Below the pieces are notes generated by a model. That model was given only the letters and a program-made list of their open reading frames with translations. It did not search any database and was not told where the DNA came from. The position numbers and the translations under genes are program-made. From a virus (taxonomy: Duplodnaviria; Caudoviricetes), in the IMG/VR virus record IMGVR_UViG_3300032233_002597, positions 1-44,827 of that record: a stretch of DNA of 44,827 bases. The stretch is one strand, 5' to 3'. Below are positions 25,086-33,680 of the stretch, one piece after another. Each line of letters starts with the position of its first letter. Within the stretch, counting starts at the first letter, position 1.

Positions 25086-25123
25086 GAAAGGGGAAAGAAC
25101 TTCTCTCCCCCCTATTTATTTTA

Positions 25124-25318
25124 TCAGCCTGCCTTTGCTTCTTTACGAGCAGTTTTTTCAGCAGTGATTTCGTTGCGACGTACTTTTACAAGCCTAACGA
25201 TCTCTTGAAGTGCCTTACGAGCACGAGTTCCTGCAGCACTATTGCCTGCAACAAACTTTCCATCTTCAACTTGCCATGCTGTAACTGCATCAGTGATTTG
25301 TTGTACTGTTTCTGACAT
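25124..25318 (-). CDS. Histone H1-like (Hc1-family) small basic protein
   Basis: KF..GNSAAGTRARKALQEI...RRNEI motif; SD AAGGAG. Confidence 0.75.
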   Translation of the reverse strand: MSETVQQITDAVTAWQVEDGKFVAGNSAAGTRARKALQEIVRLVKVRRNEITAEKTARKEAKAG

Positions 25319-25356
25319 AATGTCTCCTTTAATATAAGTATGTGTTTATATATACA

Positions 25357-25380
25357 AGAAAAGGGAGCATTAGCTCCCTC
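25357..25380 (-). terminator. Intrinsic terminator after the cell-wall hydrolase
   Basis: AGGGAGC-TAAT-GCTCCCT-TTTCTT. Confidence 0.8.
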
Positions 25381-25389
25381 CTCACATAA

Positions 25390-26031
25390 TTATACGTCTG
25401 CTAGAGTCAGTCGGGATGCATAATCATGGGCATAGGATGTGCGAGCACCATGATGCCCCCAACCAATCCAACTATATGCGGTGTTCATATAAGAATAAAT
25501 TGATCTACCATTCTTTTTCATACGGTATTCAATTTTTTTCCATTGAACTTCATTTGTTAGATAACGAAGTTGTGTCTCAAGTGATGATGGAGAACCACCA
25601 TACTTTTTAGCAAAATCACCCAATCCATAATAACGATTAGCAGATGTCCACTGAATCAAACCATAACCACCGTAGCAGTTGCGGTATGACGTTTTACTAC
25701 CACCTTCACAAACATTAGCTTGGAATGTTGATTCCTGTTTAATGTTGCCCAGAATAGTAGCAAGGGCGTTTTTATCTTTAATTCCAATGTCCTGAAAATA
25801 ATCCAGGGCTACATTTTCATTTTCATTACACCCTTTACAAATTAGCCTTTTCTCTTTTGGCTTATCGGAAGCAACCTCTTTGGTCGCTGTCTTTAATGTA
25901 GGCTCCTCTTGAATAACAGAAAATGGTGGAAGTCCACCAACAGGGGGAGGAGGAAACACTTGAGGCAGTGTTGCCGTACTGGTTGTAACCGTTGCCAAAA
26001 GGGGCAGGGCTACTGTAAAGAAGTTTTGCAT
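25390..26031 (-). CDS. Cell-wall hydrolase, phage tail-lysozyme (Phage_lysozyme2-like) domain with signal-like N-terminus
   Basis: ATILGNIKQES, GGYGLIQWT...R, LETQLRYL; hydrophobic N-terminus and Pro-rich linker. Confidence 0.82.
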   Translation of the reverse strand: MQNFFTVALPLLATVTTSTATLPQVFPPPPVGGLPPFSVIQEEPTLKTATKEVASDKPKEKRLICKGCNENENVALDYFQDIGIKDKNALATILGNIKQESTFQANVCEGGSKTSYRNCYGGYGLIQWTSANRYYGLGDFAKKYGGSPSSLETQLRYLTNEVQWKKIEYRMKKNGRSIYSYMNTAYSWIGWGHHGARTSYAHDYASRLTLADV

Positions 26032-26041
26032 TAAGGTTAAT

Positions 26042-26150
26042 TGAACTCTACATCCCAATAGAAAGGGGGTACACCAACCCTCTCGGGAGGCACTTTCCTG
26101 GGCTCTAATTTCACATCAAAATCTCATGATGTTATCCCTGTGTTAGGGAT
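26042..26150 (-). promoter_or_regulatory. Structured ~120 nt 5' leader of the hydrolase gene
   Basis: Hairpins AUCCCU/AGGGAU and ACAUCA/UGAUGU, then nested CCAG/UUGG, GAAAG/CUUUC, CCC-GAGA-GGG; promoter TTGACA-17-TATTAT (26184-26156) with nested ATAAATA (26168-26174). Confidence 0.55.
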
Positions 26151-26180
26151 TTCACATAATAAGCTACTATTTATTTTTTG

Positions 26181-26381
26181 TCAAGCATCCGTGGACACTT
26201 CTTCAACTGGTTCTGGTTCGGGAATCACCACTCCAATTTGTTCCAAATACTCAATAACTCCCTGAACTTTAAGAAAAAGTTCTCTCGTATTAACCATTTG
26301 AGCATTAAGAGTATTGAGTTCTTCAGTCAAAGTTTGGCGTTGCTGAAGAAGATTTGAAAGATGTTCTTGTTGTTCAGTCAT
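26181..26381 (-). CDS. Hypothetical coiled-coil protein (66 aa)
   Basis: Heptad-like pattern; LKVQGVIEYLEQIGV. Confidence 0.75.
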   Translation of the reverse strand: MTEQQEHLSNLLQQRQTLTEELNTLNAQMVNTRELFLKVQGVIEYLEQIGVVIPEPEPVEEVSTDA

Positions 26382-26446
26382 TGTTAAAATTAAATGCAGA
26401 ATATGTATATTCTACCATAAATAAGTCGTGTAGTAAATGCCGAACC

Positions 26447-26560
26447 ATGGCTAAGTCAGCAAATAAAGGTAAGAAAGGATCTGCTGGAGGAAAAAACTCC
26501 AAGCAAAATCAAGGTAATGCGACTGCGAAGAAAGCAAAGAATGGTGGGAAGAAAAAGTGA
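26447..26560 (+). CDS. Very basic 37 aa Lys/Gly-rich peptide
   Basis: MAKSANKGKKGSAGGKNSKQNQGNATAKKAKNGGKKK; late-promoter core ATAAATA at 26417-26423. Confidence 0.7.
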   Translation: MAKSANKGKKGSAGGKNSKQNQGNATAKKAKNGGKKK

Positions 26561-26566
26561 GGTATT

Positions 26567-26767
26567 ATGCCGAGAGAGTGGAACACTCCCAAGCGTGAAT
26601 GTTGGAACAAACCTATTCACCAGATATTGCAAGCAATAGATAATCACACAAGGATCGGAATGGAAACCGGCGATCCATGGCACGAAGAACAAGCACAAAT
26701 ATTAAGAAAATATGTAAAGGACTTAAAGGTTTGGATACACAAACAGGAGGGATATTGGAATGAATGA
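26567..26767 (+). CDS. Conserved cyanophage hypothetical protein (MPREWNTPKRECWN...)
   Basis: SD GAGGT; second gene of the plus-strand mini-operon. Confidence 0.8.
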   Translation: MPREWNTPKRECWNKPIHQILQAIDNHTRIGMETGDPWHEEQAQILRKYVKDLKVWIHKQEGYWNE

Positions 26768-26870
26768 ATTACCTTGGGGTGTGATCACAATACTTGGAAC
26801 AGGTTTAGTTTTTACTGTTTGGTGTATCTATTACATATTAAGATTGGCATATTTAGAAACTAAAGAATAA
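26760..26870 (+). CDS. 36 aa single-TM protein (MNELPWGVITILGTGLVFTVWCIYYILRLAYLETKE)
   Basis: Hand-translated; SD AGGAGG; overlaps the upstream stop. Confidence 0.7.
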   Translation: MNELPWGVITILGTGLVFTVWCIYYILRLAYLETKE

Positions 26871-26873
26871 ATT

Positions 26874-27335
26874 TTATTTTTTCCATAAATTTCCTTCCGC
26901 TTTTCTTCTACGAGCAAGTCCTGCTTCTACACTAGTTCCAGCATTTCTATACAGATAAAGAGCATCAGGAACCTTGGACCATTCTTTATTTTTAAGAACT
27001 TTAGTTATAGTATTACAATTGGGAGACCCATAAAAATTAGCACCAAGATTATAAGCAAAAGATAAAAGTGCTCCTTGTTGATTCTCATTCATCTCATTCC
27101 AGTGTGGGATTTTTTTAAGTGCTGGTAGATACTCATACTCTATTGTGTGCGTTAATAAAGTATCTGCCTGTTCTTGAGTAATAGTTGCTCCCAATCCAAA
27201 TGGTTTACCACGAGTATCTTTAGTAGATCCCCATCCAATAGTATAAGGTTTTCCACCAGTTCCAGGATCTGGATAAGATTTTAATCTACATCCTTCAAAC
27301 TTTTTAATCAAATCTATTCCAGCCTTTAAAATCAT
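26874..27335 (-). CDS. Lysozyme / endolysin (GH24)
   Basis: IKKFEGCRLKSYPD...TIGWGST catalytic E-D-T; ALLSFAYNLG; GLARRRKAE. Confidence 0.93.
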   Translation of the reverse strand: MILKAGIDLIKKFEGCRLKSYPDPGTGGKPYTIGWGSTKDTRGKPFGLGATITQEQADTLLTHTIEYEYLPALKKIPHWNEMNENQQGALLSFAYNLGANFYGSPNCNTITKVLKNKEWSKVPDALYLYRNAGTSVEAGLARRRKAEGNLWKK

Positions 27336-28027
27336 TTAAAGATTCTTCCCCAACCAGTTTTATCCTTACCGTGCTCCAACCACCTATGAGTTAAATCAGA
27401 TCTTTTGTATACAGCACCTTTACCGTTGGTTACTGCACCAGTGTAACCATCATTTAAACTGCCATAAGGATCATTCACAACATAGTCATTACCTTTCTTA
27501 CCAATGACTACAACCATGTGCCCACCAGTAGGTGCAGAAAGAGAACCCCTGTGCAGAATGCCAATAACGACAGGTTTACCAGCAGATAAACTCTTATCAA
27601 GATCAGAAAAAGAAAGATTGTAACTAAAGTATGACTTAACACCATAACTCTCAAGAACACGGGTTTGAACTGCGTGATCTGTTGAGTCACCAATTGCGAA
27701 TACTTTCTGAACGTAAGCATCGTCTCCCTTTGCTCCTTTTAGAGTACCTGGTTTTAGAAACTCAAGGCACATTGCACAAGATGAAGAGTTACAAGTGCGA
27801 TTAGCATCTCTGTAATTATCGGTTTGTGGGAAATATGGAACTTGCAAAATTCCAGTTTGTGCAGGAACTGGTGCCTTTTCTCTAAAGATTCTTACCCAGT
27901 TAGATTCATCTTCAATCAAATCTGGTTGCTTTTGCTCCAAATCTTTTTCAAATTGCTCTACTGCTGCAACATGCTTTGGATTTTTTGGGTCATAATGTAG
28001 AAAAAAGTTATGAAGATCTACTTTCAT
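27332..28027 (-). CDS. Peptidase C39-like protein
   Basis: LQVPYFPQTDN...TCNSSSCAM, GGHMVVVIG, VNDPYG (Cys-His-Asp). Confidence 0.88.
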   Translation of the reverse strand: MKVDLHNFFLHYDPKNPKHVAAVEQFEKDLEQKQPDLIEDESNWVRIFREKAPVPAQTGILQVPYFPQTDNYRDANRTCNSSSCAMCLEFLKPGTLKGAKGDDAYVQKVFAIGDSTDHAVQTRVLESYGVKSYFSYNLSFSDLDKSLSAGKPVVIGILHRGSLSAPTGGHMVVVIGKKGNDYVVNDPYGSLNDGYTGAVTNGKGAVYKRSDLTHRWLEHGKDKTGWGRIFK

Positions 28028-28208
28028 CTGATTCTCCAATAAAACTAAATGAGAAAATATCGTGATCCTCTATGGTTGGATCAAACCATTCTTTAAATTC
28101 TTGTTGAATTGCATAGGCATCATCATAATCTTTATTTTCACTTAGCTGATGAATTCTATCTACTGCCCAATCATGTGAGTGGCGAAGAGCCTCTTCCAAA
28201 GTTCTCAT
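28008..28208 (-). CDS. Conserved cyanophage hypothetical protein (66 aa, SHDWAVDRIH)
   Basis: Internal ATG at 28208. Confidence 0.7.
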   Translation of the reverse strand: MRTLEEALRHSHDWAVDRIHQLSENKDYDDAYAIQQEFKEWFDPTIEDHDIFSFSFIGESDESRSS

Positions 28209-28620
28209 AATCTTTTCGCATGTAGCGTCCAAGGATGTTGGAATTATAGTACGCCGGAGTACCGTCGTCAAGCCTTTCCATCAATACATTATTTAGAAAT
28301 AATTGTTTGGTTTCTTCATAGTTTACCTCTCCCATCTTCTTATGAAGAGATAATATGGTTCTTTCAAAAGATTCTTTACCAAATTCCTTTACATCATTCT
28401 TTAATTCTGGACAAGAACCATAATACTTCTTCCAGTCACTTTCCTTCTTAGATCTTCTTGTCTTTCCTTTGTCTTTTGTAAAGGAAACAAAATATTTCCT
28501 ACCGATGTAACAACGATTGTTATTAGTATTTCTTATATGATATACAAACCCGTAGTATTCTTTGATGTCTACACTATCAAATATCTCTCCGTTATACTTC
28601 CACGGATTATCATAACTCAT
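28171..28620 (-). CDS. GIY-YIG-family nuclease-like protein
   Basis: YGFVYHI.N..N.RCYIGRK, ESDWKKYYGS, YEET, YYNSNI. Confidence 0.8.
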   Translation of the reverse strand: MSYDNPWKYNGEIFDSVDIKEYYGFVYHIRNTNNNRCYIGRKYFVSFTKDKGKTRRSKKESDWKKYYGSCPELKNDVKEFGKESFERTILSLHKKMGEVNYEETKQLFLNNVLMERLDDGTPAYYNSNILGRYMRKDYENFGRGSSPLT

Positions 28621-28673
28621 ATTAAGAACTTAAAGTATTATTAAATCTTATTTATCTCAACCGGAACAAACCT

Positions 28674-28709
28674 ATTCTAGCAATAAAAAAGAGGGCTGTC
28701 AAGCCCTCT
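28674..28709 (-). terminator. Intrinsic terminator with embedded sigma70 promoter
   Basis: GAGGGC-TTGACA-GCCCTC-TTTTTT; the loop is the -35; 17 bp to TAGAAT (28679-28674). Confidence 0.85.
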
Positions 28710-28731
28710 TAAGAATTATGTTAGATTTCTA

Positions 28732-29931
28732 TCAATCTGGAGTGTGCTGCATCATTTTATCCATCATTTTAATTCCACGATTTTCCTTTTTCTTGCTAGC
28801 AGGATCAGTTTTACCAGCAGAAGAGCCCATAAGCTTTCCAGCCTTGTTCATAACCTTTTCAGTTGGAAACTTCTTATATGCTTCAGCAATTTCATTGATG
28901 GATTCTTGATCCAGTTCAGTCATGATGTACTGTGCCTCTGCAACGCTCTCAGCATGTCCAGTATCAAGAAGATACTCAAGAACTACATCATAAGCATCCT
29001 CATACTCATAAGACGCTGCGATTGCTTGTGGCTTTACTTCAGGTTGCTGCTTCATTGCAGCAAGCTTATTGGTTCCAGGAACAACACTTCCAGAAGCAGC
29101 AGGAGAGGTGCTAGGAGCAGCAGCAGTGGCTGCAGAAGGAGTTACAGAAGGATTGAATGCTGTCTGTGGTTTTGATGCTGCAGCAACAGTTTTACCCAAA
29201 GTAGAAGATGCAGGGGCTGCTGGAGCCTTTAGAGCTGCTGAAGCTCTTTGTTGCTGGATGTCATTATACCCAGATTGCCCCGATTTTACCTTAGCGGCAA
29301 GATCTGGATGAGCTGCAGCCCATGCCTTCATACCATCACCAGCGGCTGCAGGAGCCGTCTTAGCGGGCACTCCAGCAGGCTTAGCAGCGGCAGTGGGAGC
29401 GGGCTTAGCAGCTGCTGCAGGGGGTGTTCCTGCTGCTGGTTGTCTTTGTTGTTGAGTTGGTTGTTGAGTACCTGATTTTTTGCCACTCACAAAAACATCT
29501 TTACCACCAAGTTTTGCTGCATATAATTTTTGTCCTCCAAGTTGGATTGAACCTGGCCCTCCAGGTTGACTACCACTTCTATATGTTGGTTGAGTATTAT
29601 TGAAATTTACAACTGTTCTTCCTTGAGATTTTGTTGCTGCACTATTTAAATGTGCAGTTCCAGCAGTATCCTTACCACCAAATGCTCTAGATAAAGGATC
29701 TCCACTTGGTTTCGATATTGTTACATTAGCACCTTTTTGAAGTGCTGTTCTTGATGTTTGTGCTTGTTGTGCTGGCGTGGGCCCAAAACGTGGGCGGGCA
29801 GGGGCGCCCATCTGGCTTGCTGGAGTTGCACCTCCAGCATATTCATTCAAAACTTCCGCTTCTGAGGTTCCATAATGAATGCTTTCATATAATGACGCAA
29901 TATCATTCAATTGGTTAAAAGAAAGTGTCAT
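28732..29931 (-). CDS. Late low-complexity (Ala/Pro/Gln/Lys) protein, probable internal head protein
   Basis: TATAAATA at 29958-29965; acidic N-terminal segment; DAYDVVLEYLLDTGHAESVAEAQYIM domain. Confidence 0.7.
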   Translation of the reverse strand: MTLSFNQLNDIASLYESIHYGTSEAEVLNEYAGGATPASQMGAPARPRFGPTPAQQAQTSRTALQKGANVTISKPSGDPLSRAFGGKDTAGTAHLNSAATKSQGRTVVNFNNTQPTYRSGSQPGGPGSIQLGGQKLYAAKLGGKDVFVSGKKSGTQQPTQQQRQPAAGTPPAAAAKPAPTAAAKPAGVPAKTAPAAAGDGMKAWAAAHPDLAAKVKSGQSGYNDIQQQRASAALKAPAAPASSTLGKTVAAASKPQTAFNPSVTPSAATAAAPSTSPAASGSVVPGTNKLAAMKQQPEVKPQAIAASYEYEDAYDVVLEYLLDTGHAESVAEAQYIMTELDQESINEIAEAYKKFPTEKVMNKAGKLMGSSAGKTDPASKKKENRGIKMMDKMMQHTPD

Positions 29932-29957
29932 CTTGGTAATACTTGCCTACTTTCTTT

Positions 29958-29989
29958 TATTTATAAAAAAAGAGGGTACTAAGACCCTC
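29958..29989 (-). terminator. nrd-operon terminator fused to a late promoter
   Basis: GAGGGT-CTTAGT-ACCCTC-TTTTTT running into TATAAATA. Confidence 0.82.
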
Positions 29990-30149
29990 AATAAACATCA
30001 TTTGTTGCTTGTTTTAACCAATACTCGTTCCAATCAAAATCACCGAACATAAAATCATCATATTCGGCAGCATCTTTAAATGCATTTAAAAGCTCTGCTT
30101 CACACCATTCATCATAATTTGAATCCTGAGAAAGTATTTTTGGTAACAT
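29988..30149 (-). CDS. Small acidic hypothetical protein (53 aa) overlapping the nrdB 3' end
   Basis: MLPKILSQDSNYDEWCEAELLNAFKDAAEYDDFMFGDFDW...; hand-translated; ends at the terminator. Confidence 0.6.
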   Translation of the reverse strand: MLPKILSQDSNYDEWCEAELLNAFKDAAEYDDFMFGDFDWNEYWLKQATNDVY

Positions 30150-31305
30150 CGTGTTTAATTCCTCCGACTATATAACTCTCAACCTCTGTTTCTTGAGGAG
30201 CAACCTGCAATCCTTTGGAAGAAATCCAGTGCTCAGTCCAAGGAAGTGGGTTGTTTTTTGCTGAAATATCATAAAGTGGCTTAAGTCCAATTGACTTCAT
30301 GCGGCGATTCGCAATCCATTCAACGTATTGACAAAGAAGTTTATCATTCAAACCAATCATTGACCCATCCTTAAACAGATATTCTGCCCAAAGCTTTTCT
30401 TGATTGACTGCGTTCTCAAAAGTTTTATAAACCCACTGCTCTTCTTCTTTGCCAATTTTTACCATATCAGGATCATCACCCTCTTTCCATTTGTTTAAAA
30501 TGTTTTGGGTGATAACTAAATGCTGATTTTCGTCTCTCGCAATGAGGGAGATGATTTTTGCACTTCCTTCCATAAGCTTGAGTTCGCCAAATGCAAAACT
30601 GCAAGCGAAACTGACATAAAAGCGAATACCTTCAAGAATATTAACGTTTGCAACTGCTCTGAACAGCTTGCGTTTGAGTTCATATCTTTCTCCCTGTGCG
30701 AATGGAACTTGTTCTTGGGCATGTCTCCAAAGTTCAGAAGTTCCATAATGCTGAGCACTATTGATAAAATCGTTATATGCTTCAGTTACGCTGTGTGAGC
30801 GTTCTAAAATACGTTCATCCCTCAAAATAGTATCAAATACTTCTGACGGATCAGAATAGATATTTTTTATTATATATGTGTAGGAACGAGAATGTATCAT
30901 TTCCATAAATTCCCATACTTTCATACACGCTTCCAATTCAGGAAGAGAGCAATATGGGGCAAATGCCATTCCTGGGCCACGTCCCTGAACACTATCAAGC
31001 ATAACCTGATATTTCAGGTTAGAAGTAAATATATGCTTTTGCTCAGGACGAAGAGATTGATAATCTCCTCTATCCTTTTGTAAAGAAACCTCTTCAGGTC
31101 TCCAAAAATAACCTAGTTGTTGAGTTGTAAGTTTTTCAAAAATTGGATACTTGTAGCTATCATAACGTTGTATTCCTAATGGCTTTCCGAAAAACATGGG
31201 TTGTTTTTTAGTATCTACTTCTTCAGAATTAAAAACGGTCATTGAATTGACCATACTTTGCTCTTGGGTAGAATTGGAATTGATTTTGAAATTTACAACG
31301 TTCAC
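30112..31305 (-). CDS. nrdB: Ribonucleotide reductase class Ia beta subunit
   Basis: FWRPEEV, DSVQGR, EMIHSRSYT, LEGIRFYVSF, RDENQH; GTG start with SD GAGG. Confidence 0.98.
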   Translation of the reverse strand: MNVVNFKINSNSTQEQSMVNSMTVFNSEEVDTKKQPMFFGKPLGIQRYDSYKYPIFEKLTTQQLGYFWRPEEVSLQKDRGDYQSLRPEQKHIFTSNLKYQVMLDSVQGRGPGMAFAPYCSLPELEACMKVWEFMEMIHSRSYTYIIKNIYSDPSEVFDTILRDERILERSHSVTEAYNDFINSAQHYGTSELWRHAQEQVPFAQGERYELKRKLFRAVANVNILEGIRFYVSFACSFAFGELKLMEGSAKIISLIARDENQHLVITQNILNKWKEGDDPDMVKIGKEEEQWVYKTFENAVNQEKLWAEYLFKDGSMIGLNDKLLCQYVEWIANRRMKSIGLKPLYDISAKNNPLPWTEHWISSKGLQVAPQETEVESYIVGGIKHDVTKNTFSGFKL

Positions 31306-31379
31306 TTAGTTTCCTCTTTTACAAATTTAAATTCATGTACTAATATTTAACCAAAAAAATTATTAAGTTTTTTTATCAA

Positions 31380-33680
31380 TTAAATTTTACAACTCTCACA
31401 ATCATCTTCATCAGAACTCAAGATATCATCCAAAAGTGATTGAAGTTCTGGCTTGGTTTCTTCGGGCATTTCATCAGATTTAATATCATAAGTGTTTTGA
31501 TAATAAGATGTCTTCCAACCATATTTGTAAGTTGTAAGAAGATCTGCCGCCATGACTGAAGTAGGAACTTCATTGTTCTCATAATTTTCTGGATTGTATG
31601 ACCAGTTTCCAGAAATTGCCTGATCAAAGAACTTTTGCATCACAGCAACAACGTTAATATAACCCTCATTGGAAGTCATATCCCAAAGCAACGTATAGTT
31701 GTTCTTGAGAGTTTGATACTGAGGAACAATTTGTTTCAGTGGTCCTTTCTTCGATTTCTTGATGGACAGGAAGCCTCTAGGAGGCTCAATACCATTCGTG
31801 GCATTGGATACTACCGAACTACTTTCGGAAGGCATCTGAGCGGACAGGGTGGAGTTCCTGACACCATATTTTAGAACCTTCCCCCTAAGCTTTTCCCAGT
31901 CATGCTTTAAGTTGTTAGGAACTAATTCATCCACATCTTTCTTGTAAGTATCAATTGGAAGAATTCCTTGAGCATACTTAGTTCTGTGAGAATATTCACA
32001 AGCACCTTTTTCTCTAGCAAGATTTACGGTTGCCTTGATTAGATAATATTGGAAAGATTCAGTCAAGTCATGAACCAGTTGCCAGGCACCAGGATCATCA
32101 TAATGCTCACCGTGCTTGGCAAGATAGTGTGCCAAACCAATATAACCTACCCCAAGTGAACGACGTGCTTTGGTGGCAATTTCTGCTGCCTTAACGGGGT
32201 ATCCTTGGAAATCGATAAGCTCATCAAGACTCCTAATAGCAAGATCGCAAAGAACTTCAAGATCCTCGTTAGCCTTAATCTTTCCAATGTTAATAGCACT
32301 AAGAATACAAAGAGCAATTTCACCATCGGTGTCATCAATATGTTGAAGTGGTTTAGTTGGAAGAGTAATTTCCTGACACAAATTGCTCATCTCAATCTTA
32401 TCAAGGAAGGATGAGTGAGAATTGCAATGATCAATATTCATAATGTAAATACGACCAGTTTCAGCACGTTCTTTCAGGAGGTCCAGAAAGAGTTCTTGAG
32501 CATCAATAGTTTTTCTTGGAATAGATGCATCTCGTTCATAACCCATGTATAAGTCGTCAAATCGATCAGTGCCAAAAGCATCATACAAACCAGGAACGTC
32601 GTGTGGAGAGAAGAGTGTGATTTCTTCGTTTTGAATGAATCGCTCATAGAAGATTTTGCTAATTTGGATACTATAATCTAACTTACGAACACGATTATCT
32701 TCGGTTCCTTTATTATTCTTTAATACTAGAATATCACTTATTTCTTGGTGCCAGATTGGAAAGTGTACCGTAGCTGATCCGCCTCTAATGCCATTCTGCG
32801 TACAGCAACGGACAGTTGCTTCAAATTTTTTGAGAAATGGTATAACCCCCGTGTGCTGTACTTCACCGCCTCTGATTTTAGCGTTGATTCCACGGATGCG
32901 ACCTGCGTTGATACCGATGCCCGCCCTTTGAGCAACATACCTCCCAATAGCCATATCACTACTGAAGATGCTATCCAAGGTGTCATCAACATCAACAAGA
33001 ACACAACTAGCATATTGTCTAAGTGGCGTTCTAACTCCTGCCATGATTGGCGTTGGGATGTTGATTTTGTGTTTGGAGATTGCGTCATAATACTTTTTAA
33101 CGTACTCTAAACGGGTTTCTTTTGGATACTTGGAAAAAATAGTTGCCGCAATCAGCATATACATGAACTGGGGAGTTTCATAAACCGCACCACTACTTCT
33201 ATCCTGTACAAGGTACTTATCAACAACTTGCCTAAGTCCAGCATAGGTGAACAGATAGTCACGACCATGATCAATAAATGACTGAAGTTTTTCAAACTCT
33301 TCAGCATCATACATAGAAAGAATCTCTGCATCATAAACACCCAGTTCTACACATTTTTGAATATGTTGTAGAACAGTTGGACATTCATATATTCCACCAA
33401 ACAACTGTTTGCGGACAGCAAAAAGAAGCAAGCGAGCAGCAACAAATTGATAATTTGGATGTTCAAGATCAATCAAATCTGAAGCAGAACGAATCAAAAT
33501 CTCTTGAATCTCTGCTGTCGTGATTCCATCATAAAACTGAATTCCAGATTGCATCTCAACTTGAGACGCAGATACACCAGCAAGATCTTTACATGCCTCT
33601 TCTACCATGATATGGAGTTTATTCAGATCCAGATTTTCAGTATTTCCAGATCGTTTTACTACCTTAGTCCCGTTGCTCAT
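31380..33680 (-). CDS. nrdA: Ribonucleotide reductase class Ia alpha subunit
   Basis: ATP cone, PTPIMAG, ASCVL, SNLCQEI, TSYY, C-terminal CESCKI. Confidence 0.98.
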   Translation of the reverse strand: MSNGTKVVKRSGNTENLDLNKLHIMVEEACKDLAGVSASQVEMQSGIQFYDGITTAEIQEILIRSASDLIDLEHPNYQFVAARLLLFAVRKQLFGGIYECPTVLQHIQKCVELGVYDAEILSMYDAEEFEKLQSFIDHGRDYLFTYAGLRQVVDKYLVQDRSSGAVYETPQFMYMLIAATIFSKYPKETRLEYVKKYYDAISKHKINIPTPIMAGVRTPLRQYASCVLVDVDDTLDSIFSSDMAIGRYVAQRAGIGINAGRIRGINAKIRGGEVQHTGVIPFLKKFEATVRCCTQNGIRGGSATVHFPIWHQEISDILVLKNNKGTEDNRVRKLDYSIQISKIFYERFIQNEEITLFSPHDVPGLYDAFGTDRFDDLYMGYERDASIPRKTIDAQELFLDLLKERAETGRIYIMNIDHCNSHSSFLDKIEMSNLCQEITLPTKPLQHIDDTDGEIALCILSAINIGKIKANEDLEVLCDLAIRSLDELIDFQGYPVKAAEIATKARRSLGVGYIGLAHYLAKHGEHYDDPGAWQLVHDLTESFQYYLIKATVNLAREKGACEYSHRTKYAQGILPIDTYKKDVDELVPNNLKHDWEKLRGKVLKYGVRNSTLSAQMPSESSSVVSNATNGIEPPRGFLSIKKSKKGPLKQIVPQYQTLKNNYTLLWDMTSNEGYINVVAVMQKFFDQAISGNWSYNPENYENNEVPTSVMAADLLTTYKYGWKTSYYQNTYDIKSDEMPEETKPELQSLLDDILSSDEDDCESCKI

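Noticed and set aside
26042-26150. c-di-AMP (ydaO) riboswitch, suggested by the cell-wall hydrolase context
   Set aside because: Hallmark segments such as GCUGAAUCC, GGGGAACC and CCGUCAGCUAAC are not present.
28171-28620. Active homing endonuclease invading nrdB
   Set aside because: Only a 149 aa catalytic-type domain with no evident DNA-binding tail, not adjacent to nrdB; looks like the conserved stand-alone T4-like GIY-YIG protein.
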